A stretch of DNA of 64,000 nucleotides from Spirochaeta isovalerica. GTDB lineage: Bacteria > Spirochaetota > Spirochaetia > DSM-2461. Location of the stretch: the NCBI RefSeq assembly GCF_014207565.1, contig NZ_JACHGJ010000014.1, positions 8,359 through 72,358 of the forward strand, read 5' to 3'. Below the pieces are notes generated by a model. That model saw only the letters and a list, made by a program, of their open reading frames with translations. It did not search any database and was not told the DNA's origin. How positions within the stretch are numbered: position 1 is the first letter of the stretch; every line of letters starts with the position of its first letter. Below, piece after piece: positions 26,714-36,122 of the stretch. The position numbers were made by a program, and so were the translations under genes.

Positions 26714-28273
26714 TTAAACTCCCTGTTTCCTTCCGCCTCCGCAGGGCGGTGTCAAACGGTTGAGGCGGTTCTGCTCTTCCGCCTGCTTATATATTTCCGA
26801 ATAGACCAGAAAATCATTAAATTGCCGGTCTCTTTCTTTCTTGAAGTCTTCCTCTTTCCAGAGCTCTCTCTGTTGAAGCAGAGTTCTCTGAACCGAGACA
26901 GGATCGGCGACGGTTTCGAAAACGAGTTTTCCGCCGGCTGTTTCGATCTCCACATCTCCATAATTGAAAAGATACCTTAAAAAACCTTTTTTTTCAGCTT
27001 TTACGTTCGTTACGAACCCGATATCTGCAAGATTGGATGTTTCGCTCTTTCCGAAAGGCTTCCTGTTTATATCGATGATCTTTCCGCCTGCCACTTTATA
27101 GAGATCGTTTCTCCAATCCTGTACCCGCCACAGCATAATAGCGATAAATGGGATAAGAGTCAAAAGAAGATAGGTTCCTCCGCTATCGCGAAACAACCAA
27201 ATGAGAAAAGAAACCGATCCGATAGCAAGAATCTGCCACCAGATAGAAAAGAAAAGATAGATTCCCGACTTTCTGAACAGGACTTCCCCGGGAGATTGTG
27301 ATTCTTCCTGACTCTTTTCGGAACTGTGGATATCCTCTCTGACTTCGAAGTGATTTTCAATTCGCTTGCGGATTTCCACTCTGTCCCGGTCTTTCATCCG
27401 GTTTGACCGGGTTGCGAGATATTGTGAGATTTCCTGTTCGATTTTCTGGGGCCGGTCCAGGTGTTCCATAAGCAGAACGGTACCGGCTGCCGTCTGTATA
27501 TGAAGATTTCCCACATTGAAGAAACGGTTTTTCAGCTTTTTCTTCTGCACCATGATTCCGCAGATCTGATCTACAGGAAGAGTGATCTGCCTGAGACCCG
27601 GAGGATTAAGACTGAACCTGACAGATGTTAATTCAGATCCTCGAAGAGAGTATTTTTCAGCCAGCCAGAGAATGAGACATAGGGCTGAATAGATGAAAAT
27701 CATAAGAGAAGCGGCTTTGTAAAACCAGTTCTGATAGGGAAAAGAAACAGAACTCATAGAGAGAACAGTCATGGCAATGAGGATAAGAAAAGGATACTGA
27801 AGGCGTTCAACAAGAAAGAATCCGCTTTTTCTCCAGGTCAGGGCATTATCATTTGAAGCCGGCTTTTTAAGAGAACTTTCATTTTTTCCGATTTTGAGTC
27901 TGCCGCGCAGCTTGTTGTAATCGCTTTTCTTTAATCTTCCGAGTAAGGCGACTAAGGACTCTCTCTCCGTTTTGAGATACCTTCCGGAACTTCGTGAAAT
28001 CAGAGTCTGCTCATGGGTCGTGTTATCAAAAATATCTTGGGGATCCGTAAAGTCTCCCGGGAAGAAAAAGTCCTTTTGACTATTATCTGCTGATGCAGAG
28101 CAGAACTCCCCTTCGAGAAAAATATAAAGAGCACCTTTCCCATCGTTTTTATAATATAGAACAGCGCCTTCATCGCAGGTATATTCAGTAAATATCTCAG
28201 CGAGTTGACCCGCGGCTGAGGATGAAAGTCCGAAAAAAAGAGGGTGAGTATATATGTCAGAGTACGTATCCAT
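26714..28273 (-). CDS. Membrane protein with an N-terminal cNMP-binding-like domain and two bacterial PH (YdbT/bPH_2-type) membrane modules
   Basis: The N-terminal ~120 aa fit a cyclic-nucleotide-binding beta-roll pattern. Two repeats of TM-hairpin plus PH-like beta region follow at aa ~165-290 and ~345-470. Confidence 0.55.
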   Translation of the reverse strand: MDTYSDIYTHPLFFGLSSSAAGQLAEIFTEYTCDEGAVLYYKNDGKGALYIFLEGEFCSASADNSQKDFFFPGDFTDPQDIFDNTTHEQTLISRSSGRYLKTERESLVALLGRLKKSDYNKLRGRLKIGKNESSLKKPASNDNALTWRKSGFFLVERLQYPFLILIAMTVLSMSSVSFPYQNWFYKAASLMIFIYSALCLILWLAEKYSLRGSELTSVRFSLNPPGLRQITLPVDQICGIMVQKKKLKNRFFNVGNLHIQTAAGTVLLMEHLDRPQKIEQEISQYLATRSNRMKDRDRVEIRKRIENHFEVREDIHSSEKSQEESQSPGEVLFRKSGIYLFFSIWWQILAIGSVSFLIWLFRDSGGTYLLLTLIPFIAIMLWRVQDWRNDLYKVAGGKIIDINRKPFGKSETSNLADIGFVTNVKAEKKGFLRYLFNYGDVEIETAGGKLVFETVADPVSVQRTLLQQRELWKEEDFKKERDRQFNDFLVYSEIYKQAEEQNRLNRLTPPCGGGRKQGV

Positions 28274-28299
28274 CAGAACCTCACCTTCCGATTATCGGT

Positions 28300-29178
28300 C
28301 TATGTCCTCCTCTTCCCAATACCGATAATCTCCCAAAGTTCAGAAAGAAGAACTCCTCCGAGAATGAGAAGAGCGCCGGAGACTTCCCGAATGGAAAAGC
28401 TCTCACCCAGGAGGATTATTGCGAAAATGACGCCGAAAACAGGTTCAAGCGAATAGATTAGAACAGCTCTCATCGGCGATGTATCTTTCTGGTAGAGATT
28501 CATCATATAGAGGCAGAAAACGCTGCCCAGAATAACCAGGTAGGCGATGGAAAACAGAAAAGAAGGTGTGGGATTGAGCTTAGGCTCTTCCAGGAAGAAT
28601 GAGGCGATGATACTGAGAAGTGAAGTTGTGAGGAACTGAATGGAGGTCATTAGTTCGGGACTTTCCTTTTTATTGATCAGATCCATGAAGATGATGAAAA
28701 AGGCATAGCCGACTGCGGCGATGAGCATAATCATATCCCCGACATTGAATGGTCCGCCAGTAGGTTTGGAAATGATCCAGATTCCTGCGAAAACAACAAT
28801 CAGGCCGACAACGTTACCCATAAAAGGTTTGCGTTTGAGAATCCAGATCTGCAGAAAAGGAACAAAAAGTGCGAAAGTGAAGGAGATGAAACCGGCTTTT
28901 GAAGCGGTTGTATAGGCCAAACCAACTGTCTGGGCCGCATAGCCGATGAACATGAATATGCCGAGAATGATACCGTTGATTATGGTCTTTTTACCATTGA
29001 ACTTGAATTTCTTAAAGTAAAGAAGCGAGAAGATCAGAAAGGCCGCTCCGAAGCGGACGGCCAGCAGCATGAGAGGAGTTGAATCCTCCAGTCCCGTTTT
29101 GATTATGGCAAATGTTCCGCCCCAGATGATGGTGACCAGAACGAGAAAAATTTCGGCTTTAATTCGTTTTTTGTCCAT
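28300..29178 (-). CDS. EamA/DMT-family transporter
   Basis: Ten TM segments in two EamA repeats. Length 292 aa. Confidence 0.8.
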   Translation of the reverse strand: MDKKRIKAEIFLVLVTIIWGGTFAIIKTGLEDSTPLMLLAVRFGAAFLIFSLLYFKKFKFNGKKTIINGIILGIFMFIGYAAQTVGLAYTTASKAGFISFTFALFVPFLQIWILKRKPFMGNVVGLIVVFAGIWIISKPTGGPFNVGDMIMLIAAVGYAFFIIFMDLINKKESPELMTSIQFLTTSLLSIIASFFLEEPKLNPTPSFLFSIAYLVILGSVFCLYMMNLYQKDTSPMRAVLIYSLEPVFGVIFAIILLGESFSIREVSGALLILGGVLLSELWEIIGIGKRRT

Positions 29179-29210
29179 GGGGGGAAGATAGCATGAAGTA
29201 TATTCAGTTG

Positions 29211-29243
29211 TATAGAAGAGAAGTAAATCGACTCTCTTCTATA
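29211..29243. repeat. Perfect 11-bp-stem hairpin between the Asp-rich lipoprotein gene and the EamA gene
   Basis: TATAGAAGAGA at 29211-29221 and TCTCTTCTATA at 29233-29243 with an 11-nt loop. No U-tract follows. Confidence 0.5.
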
Positions 29244-29249
29244 CTTTAA

Positions 29250-29663
29250 TTAATTCATTAATTCGAAGTCTGAATTATCTACATTGATTATAGAATCACC
29301 ATCAACAGTGACTCTCATATAATTTATTAACCAATAGACATCTCCTGTATTTAAATTATCATCTCCATCGATGTCGACAAGCACATCAACATCGACAATA
29401 TCACCGCCATCGAAAACGTGAGCAGGATATCCAACCGGTACAGATGTATCAGAACCTGAAAAACCAAGAACTTTTGTTCCGGCAATAAAATCATTTCCTA
29501 TGTATGATTCAAAATAAATACCAGAAACTCCTGGATCAAAATCGGGAATAGAGCTGATATTTGAAACACTGACTGTTATGGTTCCATCAGAAAAAGAAAG
29601 TCCATCACAAGAAGCGAACAGCAGTACAGCTACTACAGCAAATAAGAGATAAATTTTTTTCAT
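29250..29663 (-). CDS. Small AT-rich, Asp-rich lipoprotein with dockerin/thrombospondin-like Ca-binding motifs
   Basis: Likely start at MKKIYLLFAVVAVLLFASC (rc of 29661-29663). The track ORF extends to 29828 across a terminator, so I trimmed it. Motifs DVDVLVDIDGDDNLNTGD are present and the gene is visibly more AT-rich than its neighbours. Confidence 0.55.
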   Translation of the reverse strand: MKKIYLLFAVVAVLLFASCDGLSFSDGTITVSVSNISSIPDFDPGVSGIYFESYIGNDFIAGTKVLGFSGSDTSVPVGYPAHVFDGGDIVDVDVLVDIDGDDNLNTGDVYWLINYMRVTVDGDSIINVDNSDFELMN

Positions 29664-29738
29664 TAGATTGAATAAATCCTTTAATTTAGAAGTAAACTTT
29701 TTTAATAACTCATTATCACATTGAATAAAATTTCCGTC

Positions 29739-29757
29739 TATAGGAAAATTTCCTATA
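29739..29757. promoter_or_regulatory. 19-bp perfect palindrome TATAGGAAAATTTCCTATA upstream of the Asp-rich lipoprotein gene
   Basis: TATAGGAAA, A, TTTCCTATA at 29739-29757. It is exactly self-complementary and sits between the OMP terminator and the lipoprotein start. Confidence 0.5.
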
Positions 29758-29782
29758 AAAAACCCTCCCGATAATGGGAGGG
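29757..29782 (-). terminator. Rho-independent terminator after the beta-barrel OMP gene
   Basis: On the minus strand the stem is CCCTCCC attatc GGGAGGG followed by TTTTT (plus-strand hairpin 29763-29782, A-run 29757-29762). It lies directly after the OMP stop at 29806. Confidence 0.75.
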
Positions 29783-29805
29783 CTATCAATTCAGAGACGT
29801 TAATA

Positions 29806-31068
29806 TCAATAAATATACTGAACTCCAACCATTACAGAGACACCATCAACCATATCTACCCCGAGTTCCCAGACATCATTATCCTTGTTCCAGGAGAAGG
29901 TATCATCTCCATCGCCGATAAAGAAGTTGGTATAGCCGAGAAGATTGAACCCTTCAAAGACATTCCAGCTGAATCCGGCGGTCAGCATCGCTGACAGATC
30001 GATGGGGCTGAAAACACTCCGCAAAGAGAAGTTCAGATTCTGCCCGTAGGCAAAGGCGATTTCGGGATACAGCATTAGCGCATAAGTACCCGCGGATCCG
30101 GCATCCTCTCTCCAGTCGAGGAAGGGAAGAAAAACAGATTCCACCCGGAAGGTCAGAGAATTTCCGTAACCGACCTCCACCATATGAAAAAGCCCGAAAC
30201 TTATATTCCATGTGTCTTTTATAATGTCCGCCAGATCGTCTCCTGCCGCAAAGGGAATAGCCAGAGAGCAGTTCAGATAAAAATCAGCACCCAGGTTGCC
30301 CTGAATGGAAAAATACGGTCGCTGAAACGCGGGAATCGTCAGGGATTCATCTCCATCGGTGACTATAATATCGTAGTCGATGGTATCCGTTCCATCAAAG
30401 TAATATCCGAGTTCAACTTTCAGGTCGCCGAGCTTGGTATATACCCGTCCTCCCGCGCCGAGATCCAGGACATTGCCCAGTCCGACAGGCGTCGTCCCTG
30501 AAAAAATCATCTCAGGAGCCCGCAAAAGCAGTTCGATAAAGGAAAACCGACCCAGGGGAATGTTGACCGATGTCATCCAGGCTGTTTCCGTTCTCACTTC
30601 CGATCCCACAAGATTGACATTAGGGGAAATGCTGCCGAAGACAACATCTCCGGAGTTGAAGACAAAGCCGTCTCCCCACCCCAGTCTTGTCTTGCCCACA
30701 GTCAGACGGAAAGAAGGAAATTTCGCTTTTACATAAGCTTTCTGAAGGGTGATGACAGGAATTCCGGAGATATCGGGATAACTGAAATCAAGTGCGAAAT
30801 CAGCGCGGACATTAGCATTTCCAGTCGATTTGAAGGATAATGCTCCCGTACCGGCCATACCATACGCCCAGTATTTGTCACCGACAGATGGAAGCACGGG
30901 AGGAACCCATGTACCTCCGGCATCATGATATCCTTCCGTACCCGGATTTACTTCCCGGCTCTGCATCACCGTGTTATAGAGCGTCATATCAATTGTGATA
31001 TTGTTCTCAGCGGAGAGAAACGGCGCTGCCGCCAGAAGCAGCAGCACCGGAAATAAGCGCTTTACCAT
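29806..31068 (-). CDS. Putative outer-membrane beta-barrel protein, last gene of the GntR-SPFH-ABC-LolA-like operon
   Basis: Signal peptide MVKRLFPVLLLLAAAPFLSA. The 420-aa body shows alternating amphipathic beta-strand patterns rich in G/Y/F. The C-terminal aromatic ...GVQYIY is typical of beta-barrel OMPs. The start overlaps the upstream gene. Confidence 0.6.
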   Translation of the reverse strand: MVKRLFPVLLLLAAAPFLSAENNITIDMTLYNTVMQSREVNPGTEGYHDAGGTWVPPVLPSVGDKYWAYGMAGTGALSFKSTGNANVRADFALDFSYPDISGIPVITLQKAYVKAKFPSFRLTVGKTRLGWGDGFVFNSGDVVFGSISPNVNLVGSEVRTETAWMTSVNIPLGRFSFIELLLRAPEMIFSGTTPVGLGNVLDLGAGGRVYTKLGDLKVELGYYFDGTDTIDYDIIVTDGDESLTIPAFQRPYFSIQGNLGADFYLNCSLAIPFAAGDDLADIIKDTWNISFGLFHMVEVGYGNSLTFRVESVFLPFLDWREDAGSAGTYALMLYPEIAFAYGQNLNFSLRSVFSPIDLSAMLTAGFSWNVFEGFNLLGYTNFFIGDGDDTFSWNKDNDVWELGVDMVDGVSVMVGVQYIY

Positions 31069-31814
31069 GACAGTTCTTCCAGAGAGAAAAGGTTGTTGTC
31101 AAGCCGGATGTTGATTTCGATATCGTTGATTTTCATAACCGTTTCCGTGTCGGTTTTCATTTTGTCGACAATTCTGGTTTCCACACCGATCATCCTTCCG
31201 TTGATTTCCCGGGCCTGAAGAACTTCCATTTCCTTGAGGAGTCTTCCCGATTTGGTGTAATACTCCCCTTTCCATCCGAGGAAGCTCTCTTTGTCGATCC
31301 AGACTTTCTGTACGGGATAGGGTACGGTTCTCACGGTCGCCGTCATTTCCACGACGTAGCAGTCATGCCCTTTAAAGCTTTCCTCACCGAGCAGCTTTAT
31401 GTCATACTGGGATAACCGGTCTTTGTTGCCGGTCATATCCTCATAGGAAACATCGGACCCGAGCATGGACTGTCTGAGCATGGATCCCTGCATACGGATA
31501 AGTTCTTCCGCATCGGGGTAGTAGAGATAGAGCTCATCTTCCGTTCTGAGAACTTTCTGCCCTCTTTCCGCGGTACTGGTAAATTCGATGAGAGACTCGT
31601 CGGCCCCTCTGGACCAGGATTTGAATGTGCTGACTTTGGTGCCGAAGCGGTCTTTAATCCGCATTTCTCCGGTTGCCGCCGATGTGTCGAAAACCTGAAT
31701 ATCATCAGCTCTCCGGACGATTTCCTCCCCTGTCAAAGCCGTAAGGCTGACGGGAATCATCAGAGCTGCAATTACGATAGGTATAAATAATTTGTTTTTC
31801 ACATGAACCTCCAA
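31062..31814 (-). CDS. LolA-like periplasmic protein (outer-membrane lipoprotein-sorting protein family)
   Basis: Signal peptide, 250 aa, with the composition of the family usually found beside MacB/FtsX transporters. It sits 11 nt downstream of an FtsX permease. Confidence 0.6.
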   Translation of the reverse strand: MEVHVKNKLFIPIVIAALMIPVSLTALTGEEIVRRADDIQVFDTSAATGEMRIKDRFGTKVSTFKSWSRGADESLIEFTSTAERGQKVLRTEDELYLYYPDAEELIRMQGSMLRQSMLGSDVSYEDMTGNKDRLSQYDIKLLGEESFKGHDCYVVEMTATVRTVPYPVQKVWIDKESFLGWKGEYYTKSGRLLKEMEVLQAREINGRMIGVETRIVDKMKTDTETVMKINDIEINIRLDNNLFSLEELSW

Positions 31815-31825
31815 TTTCTCATTTC

Positions 31826-33061
31826 CTAAATATATCTCAGCGCTTCGACGGGCTGAATTCTCGCCGCTTTGCGTGAGGGTATAAGTGTGGCCAGCGAAGC
31901 CACGACTACAGAATAGAAGAAGACGAAAATGGTTCTTCCCGCTTTCAGCTGGGGATAGAGATAGGAAGATATCTCGAAATCCAGTCCGGACATGGCGTCA
32001 GTGAAATCGATCCCCACCCGGCTCAAATACAGGACGATGCCGATTCCCAATACCACTCCGATGGATGTTCCGATGATGCTGATGATTGTCCCTTCGAGAA
32101 AAAAGAGTCTGGTCAGCTCGCTGCCATGCATACCCAGAGCGCCGAGCGTACCGATTTCCCTCATTCTTTCGTAGATGACCATCATTGTCGTGTTGATGAT
32201 GACCGTGCTGCCGAGAATAAAGAAGATAAATGCCATCACGTTGTAAATCATATCCGCCAGCTTGAGAAAACCGTACGTCGTGCTTATCTGGTCCCATGAC
32301 CGGACATCGTATTCCGTTCCCGATCCGTTTTTCAGTTCTTCTCCCAGTTTTGCGGCAAAATCTTTTGCGTCGTATCCCTCTTTCATTTTTATAAGAACTT
32401 CCAGGACTTCTCCGTCCATTCTCAGGAAATACTGGGCCGTATCGAGTGGAATCCAGAAGAATTTGGCGTTCAGTTCACCGACGGGAAGAGCGAAGAGACC
32501 GACGATTTTAAGCGTAATGGCGTTGGTGCCCCTGGCTGCCGTTGTTGACATAACCGTTACCTTATCTCCTATTTTGAGATTGAGGTCCCGGGCCAGAACA
32601 GCCCCCATGATCATCTCTTTTTCTCCGTTTACAGGCAGGCGCCCTTCTTTCAGAGAGCTTTTGAAATCCATATAGGCGTCTTCTCTGTCAAAGTCCGCTC
32701 CGATTCCGACGGCTCCGAAATTGGATCCGCCGATGTAAAGGCTTGATGGGAAAGTCGTACGGGGAACAAAGCTCTCGATCTCTTCCATTCCCGCCAGAGC
32801 GTTCTCCACCTTTTCCTGATTCACAGTAAGGTGCATGGGGTTGTACCGTTCGAATTCCTCAAAACGGGCGTTCTTCACACGGACTTCGCCGGTGTAATAA
32901 TTGATCAGATTGTTTGCCATATCAGTACTCATTCCCGCTATGAGCGAGAACATCAGGACTATCGTCATGGCCGCGACTCCGATAGCCATTCCCGAAAGTA
33001 TAGACCTCCTGCGGTTTCGCGATATATTCCTGAAGGCTGTTTTCAACAGTTTCGTATTCAT
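31826..33061 (-). CDS. ABC transporter permease, FtsX/MacB-like with a large periplasmic domain
   Basis: N-terminal LKTAFRNISRNRRRS, a first TM, a ~230-aa periplasmic domain, then three C-terminal TMs in FtsX topology. Confidence 0.85.
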   Translation of the reverse strand: MNTKLLKTAFRNISRNRRRSILSGMAIGVAAMTIVLMFSLIAGMSTDMANNLINYYTGEVRVKNARFEEFERYNPMHLTVNQEKVENALAGMEEIESFVPRTTFPSSLYIGGSNFGAVGIGADFDREDAYMDFKSSLKEGRLPVNGEKEMIMGAVLARDLNLKIGDKVTVMSTTAARGTNAITLKIVGLFALPVGELNAKFFWIPLDTAQYFLRMDGEVLEVLIKMKEGYDAKDFAAKLGEELKNGSGTEYDVRSWDQISTTYGFLKLADMIYNVMAFIFFILGSTVIINTTMMVIYERMREIGTLGALGMHGSELTRLFFLEGTIISIIGTSIGVVLGIGIVLYLSRVGIDFTDAMSGLDFEISSYLYPQLKAGRTIFVFFYSVVVASLATLIPSRKAARIQPVEALRYI

Positions 33062-33073
33062 TTGTTCTCCCCC

Positions 33074-34321
33074 TTACTGATGTCTCAGGCAGGACGGAAT
33101 ATCCATCTTCAAAGCCCGTTTAGTCGGGAAATAAGCGACAAGCGACGAAATAACGATTCCCGCAATAAAAGCTTTCACCATGGTGCCGGGATTCCATTCA
33201 CCGCGGAAAACCCCCTGGATGCGGTAACCCATATCCATATCGCGCATGATCGATGTAAAGTCGATGCCTTTTTCCACTATAAAGAAATCCGCTCCCATTC
33301 CCAGGACCAGCCCGATCAGCGATCCGACGATTCCGATTCCCGCCGCTTCGATCATAAAAGCGATTCTGATCTTGCTGTCCGCCATCCCCAGAGACCTCAT
33401 CATGCCGAGCTCTCTGGTCCGCTCGAATATGGCCATCAGCATGGTATTGGAAATACCGACAGCCGCAATGATGAATATGAGGAACAGAATCATCCCGGTT
33501 CCACCCCTTTTGGCCTCAGCCAGAGCGAGAAAATCCTTTGCCATGGTTTCCCATCCCATAACGGTAAGTCCGTCTCCGTTCAGCATATTCTGAATTCTGA
33601 CAACTTCCGCGTCCACGTCGGCATTGGCCGGCAGCTTGATATTGATCTCTGTTGCCGCTCCATCCATTGCCAGATAATCATTGGCCGTTTCAAAGGGCAT
33701 CATGAGAAGCGTACGATTCACATTGGGGTTGGGACAGTTGAGAATCCCGACGATCTCGAGGTCCATTGCCTCGTAAAATCCGCCGTTTCCTCTGGCGACG
33801 ATGGTTATCCAGTAACCCACTTCGGCGCCGATGTCTTCGGCCATCCAGGATCCCATGACCACAGCATCTTCGCCCGGTTCAAGAAACCGTCCGTCCACAA
33901 GAGTGTCGCCGAACTCAAAAACATCAAAATCCTTCTCCGTATCAATGGCAAAGACGCTGACTGGAAGATTTCCCTCTTCACCGAAATCCTCTTTATTGAG
34001 AATAAGGTCTCCGCCGAAGCTGATTCTCTTGGTAGCGGCTATCTTTTCCGCTTCCAGTTTATTCAGAATCTTATCGGGATCGGCAATGCTGAGATCAAGC
34101 GGTTTCTGAAAACGGTTTGCCCAGTACTCCTCATTGAGAATTCTGGCCGAGGCCGTTTCGTACCATTTCAGGTTCCGGACCGATTCGTATTCGGCGCCCA
34201 TGAGCATGGAATCTATGAAAATATACATCATCAGCCCGAAAGCAATGGCACTCGCGGTTATGATTGTCCGTCTTTTATATCTGGTCAGATTTTTAAAGGC
34301 CAGTGAAATTAAAAATTTCAT
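33074..34321 (-). CDS. ABC transporter permease, FtsX/MacB-like (second permease)
   Basis: LAFKNLTRYKRRT N-terminus and FtsX topology. It is paralogous to 36624-37871. Confidence 0.85.
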   Translation of the reverse strand: MKFLISLAFKNLTRYKRRTIITASAIAFGLMMYIFIDSMLMGAEYESVRNLKWYETASARILNEEYWANRFQKPLDLSIADPDKILNKLEAEKIAATKRISFGGDLILNKEDFGEEGNLPVSVFAIDTEKDFDVFEFGDTLVDGRFLEPGEDAVVMGSWMAEDIGAEVGYWITIVARGNGGFYEAMDLEIVGILNCPNPNVNRTLLMMPFETANDYLAMDGAATEINIKLPANADVDAEVVRIQNMLNGDGLTVMGWETMAKDFLALAEAKRGGTGMILFLIFIIAAVGISNTMLMAIFERTRELGMMRSLGMADSKIRIAFMIEAAGIGIVGSLIGLVLGMGADFFIVEKGIDFTSIMRDMDMGYRIQGVFRGEWNPGTMVKAFIAGIVISSLVAYFPTKRALKMDIPSCLRHQ

Positions 34322-34323
34322 GG

Positions 34324-35001
34324 TTATCTCCTTTCGTCGCTCTGAATCTGCCCGTCGTGCAGCATAACTAATCTGCTGGCATACTCCATGACCATCTTGT
34401 CATGTGTCGAGAAAATGAAAGTTGTTTTGTGCTTTCTGTTCATCTCTTTCATCAGCTCCAGAATTTCTTTTCCCGTATCGGAATCGAGGTTGGCTGTCGG
34501 CTCGTCGGCGAGAACGATCTCCGGATTTTTAACCAGGGCTCTGGCTATGGCGACACGCTGCTGCTGACCTCCCGATAGCCTTGAAGGCCTTCTGTGCTCC
34601 ATCCCCTCAAGACCCACTTCTTTGAGAATAGCCATAGTTCTATCCTGTATCTCTTTTTCACCGAGGTTGAGAAGCGACAGCACAAAGGAGACATTTTCAT
34701 AGGCTGTCAGTACAGGGATCAGGTTATAGGTCTGAAAAATAAACCCGAGATTGTTCCGGCGGAAATTTGTCTTTTCCTTTTTATTCATAGATGAAATCTT
34801 TTCATCTTTTATTGAGATTTCACCGCCATCCATCTGATCAATGCATCCGATAAGGTTGAGCAGCGTGGTCTTTCCCGAACCGGAGGGACCGGCTATCGAG
34901 AGGAATTCACCTTTTCCAATCTCCAGAGATACGCCTCTCAGGGCTTTAACGACTGTTTCGCCGGCGTGATAATTCCGCACGACATTTTCAACTTTAATCA
35001 T
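34324..35001 (-). CDS. ABC transporter ATP-binding protein (LolD/MacB-type)
   Basis: Walker A GPSGSGKTT, the LSGGQQQRVAIARAL signature and Walker B ILADEPT. Length 225 aa. Confidence 0.92.
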   Translation of the reverse strand: MIKVENVVRNYHAGETVVKALRGVSLEIGKGEFLSIAGPSGSGKTTLLNLIGCIDQMDGGEISIKDEKISSMNKKEKTNFRRNNLGFIFQTYNLIPVLTAYENVSFVLSLLNLGEKEIQDRTMAILKEVGLEGMEHRRPSRLSGGQQQRVAIARALVKNPEIVLADEPTANLDSDTGKEILELMKEMNRKHKTTFIFSTHDKMVMEYASRLVMLHDGQIQSDERR

Positions 35002-36122
35002 TTTTCTCCTCCCGTCTCTTTATCTTCATGTACTGTTTCTTTGTTTTTCACCTGCCCGGGCAGGTCTTTGACTTTGTTCAGGGCAGCGGTTCCCATAACA
35101 GCCCCCAGATTCATATTATCCAGTGCCGAAGAAGGCATAAGCATCAGGCTGTTATTCTGCTTCAGCCCTTCGTATACCATATTCATGGCCCGGAGCTGGA
35201 GCGCCGTAGGGTTGCCGCTGTACTTCAGCGAAGCTTCTTCGAATTTCGCAGCCACTTCCACTTCCGCTTCTCCCAGGATAACCCGGGATTTCTTTTCTCT
35301 CTCCGCCTGGGCCTGCTTACTCATGGCATCCTCCAGCTCCTTGGGGATGATGATTTCCGTAATTTCAATGGAGAGGATTGTAATTCCCCAGGGATTGGTT
35401 TTCGCATCCAGCTTCTGCTGGATTTCATTACCCAGTTCTTCTCTTTCGGCCAGTAGAGTCGCCAGTTTATGCTTTCCGATCGCATCGCGGAGAGCCGTCT
35501 GTCCGGAGAGTGATACCGCTTCAAAATAATCCTCAACTTCCAGTACAGCCTGTTTCGGCTCCCAGATCATCCAGAATGCCAGGGCGTCCACATGGACGGG
35601 AACCGTATCGTTGGTCAATGTTTTTTCCGCAGTAAAGTCCGTCACCCGGATTCTCGTATCGACAAAAGCGGCGATTCTGTCCAGAAGCGGAATGAGAAAG
35701 AAAAGACCCGGACCATGAACTTTCTTGAACTTCCCGGCCCTGAGAATCACGACCTTGTCCCACTGATACACAAGCTGGATCGATGCGGAAATGACTATCC
35801 CCGCCGAGCCGGTCAGCATCAGCCATAGATAGGACCCTTCAAAGAGAGCGATAACATTGAGCTGAAGCGCGATAATCACAAAGATTACCATTGACCACAG
35901 CGGAAGGACCGTCAGGACGACCCCTGCTCCCAGTATGGCACCGGAAATCTTAACGATAGGCATCAGTTCCGATGACACGCCGTAGTTCACCTGAAAAAAA
36001 TATCCGGCCATGATAAACAGGCCGAGGAAGAGAAAAGAGACAGAACTGTAATGAAAATCCTTCTGGATTTTAAAACCTTTCATATTTTTGACTCTCTCTT
36101 CCCTGTTGTGCATGAGGTTCAT
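34998..36122 (-). CDS. SPFH/band-7 (stomatin/prohibitin-like) protein with a polytopic N-terminal membrane domain
   Basis: The N-terminal ~120 aa hold about four TM helices. The SPFH core follows, then a C-terminal coiled coil (QAQAEREKKSRVILGEAEVEVAAKFEEA). Start and stop overlap the neighbouring genes. Confidence 0.8.
   Translation of the reverse strand: MNLMHNREERVKNMKGFKIQKDFHYSSVSFLFLGLFIMAGYFFQVNYGVSSELMPIVKISGAILGAGVVLTVLPLWSMVIFVIIALQLNVIALFEGSYLWLMLTGSAGIVISASIQLVYQWDKVVILRAGKFKKVHGPGLFFLIPLLDRIAAFVDTRIRVTDFTAEKTLTNDTVPVHVDALAFWMIWEPKQAVLEVEDYFEAVSLSGQTALRDAIGKHKLATLLAEREELGNEIQQKLDAKTNPWGITILSIEITEIIIPKELEDAMSKQAQAEREKKSRVILGEAEVEVAAKFEEASLKYSGNPTALQLRAMNMVYEGLKQNNSLMLMPSSALDNMNLGAVMGTAALNKVKDLPGQVKNKETVHEDKETGGEK

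Noticed and set aside
32831-34306. 491-aa plus-strand ORF spanning both FtsX permease genes
   Set aside because: It is a His/Arg/Ser-rich antisense shadow of two clearly recognisable permease genes.
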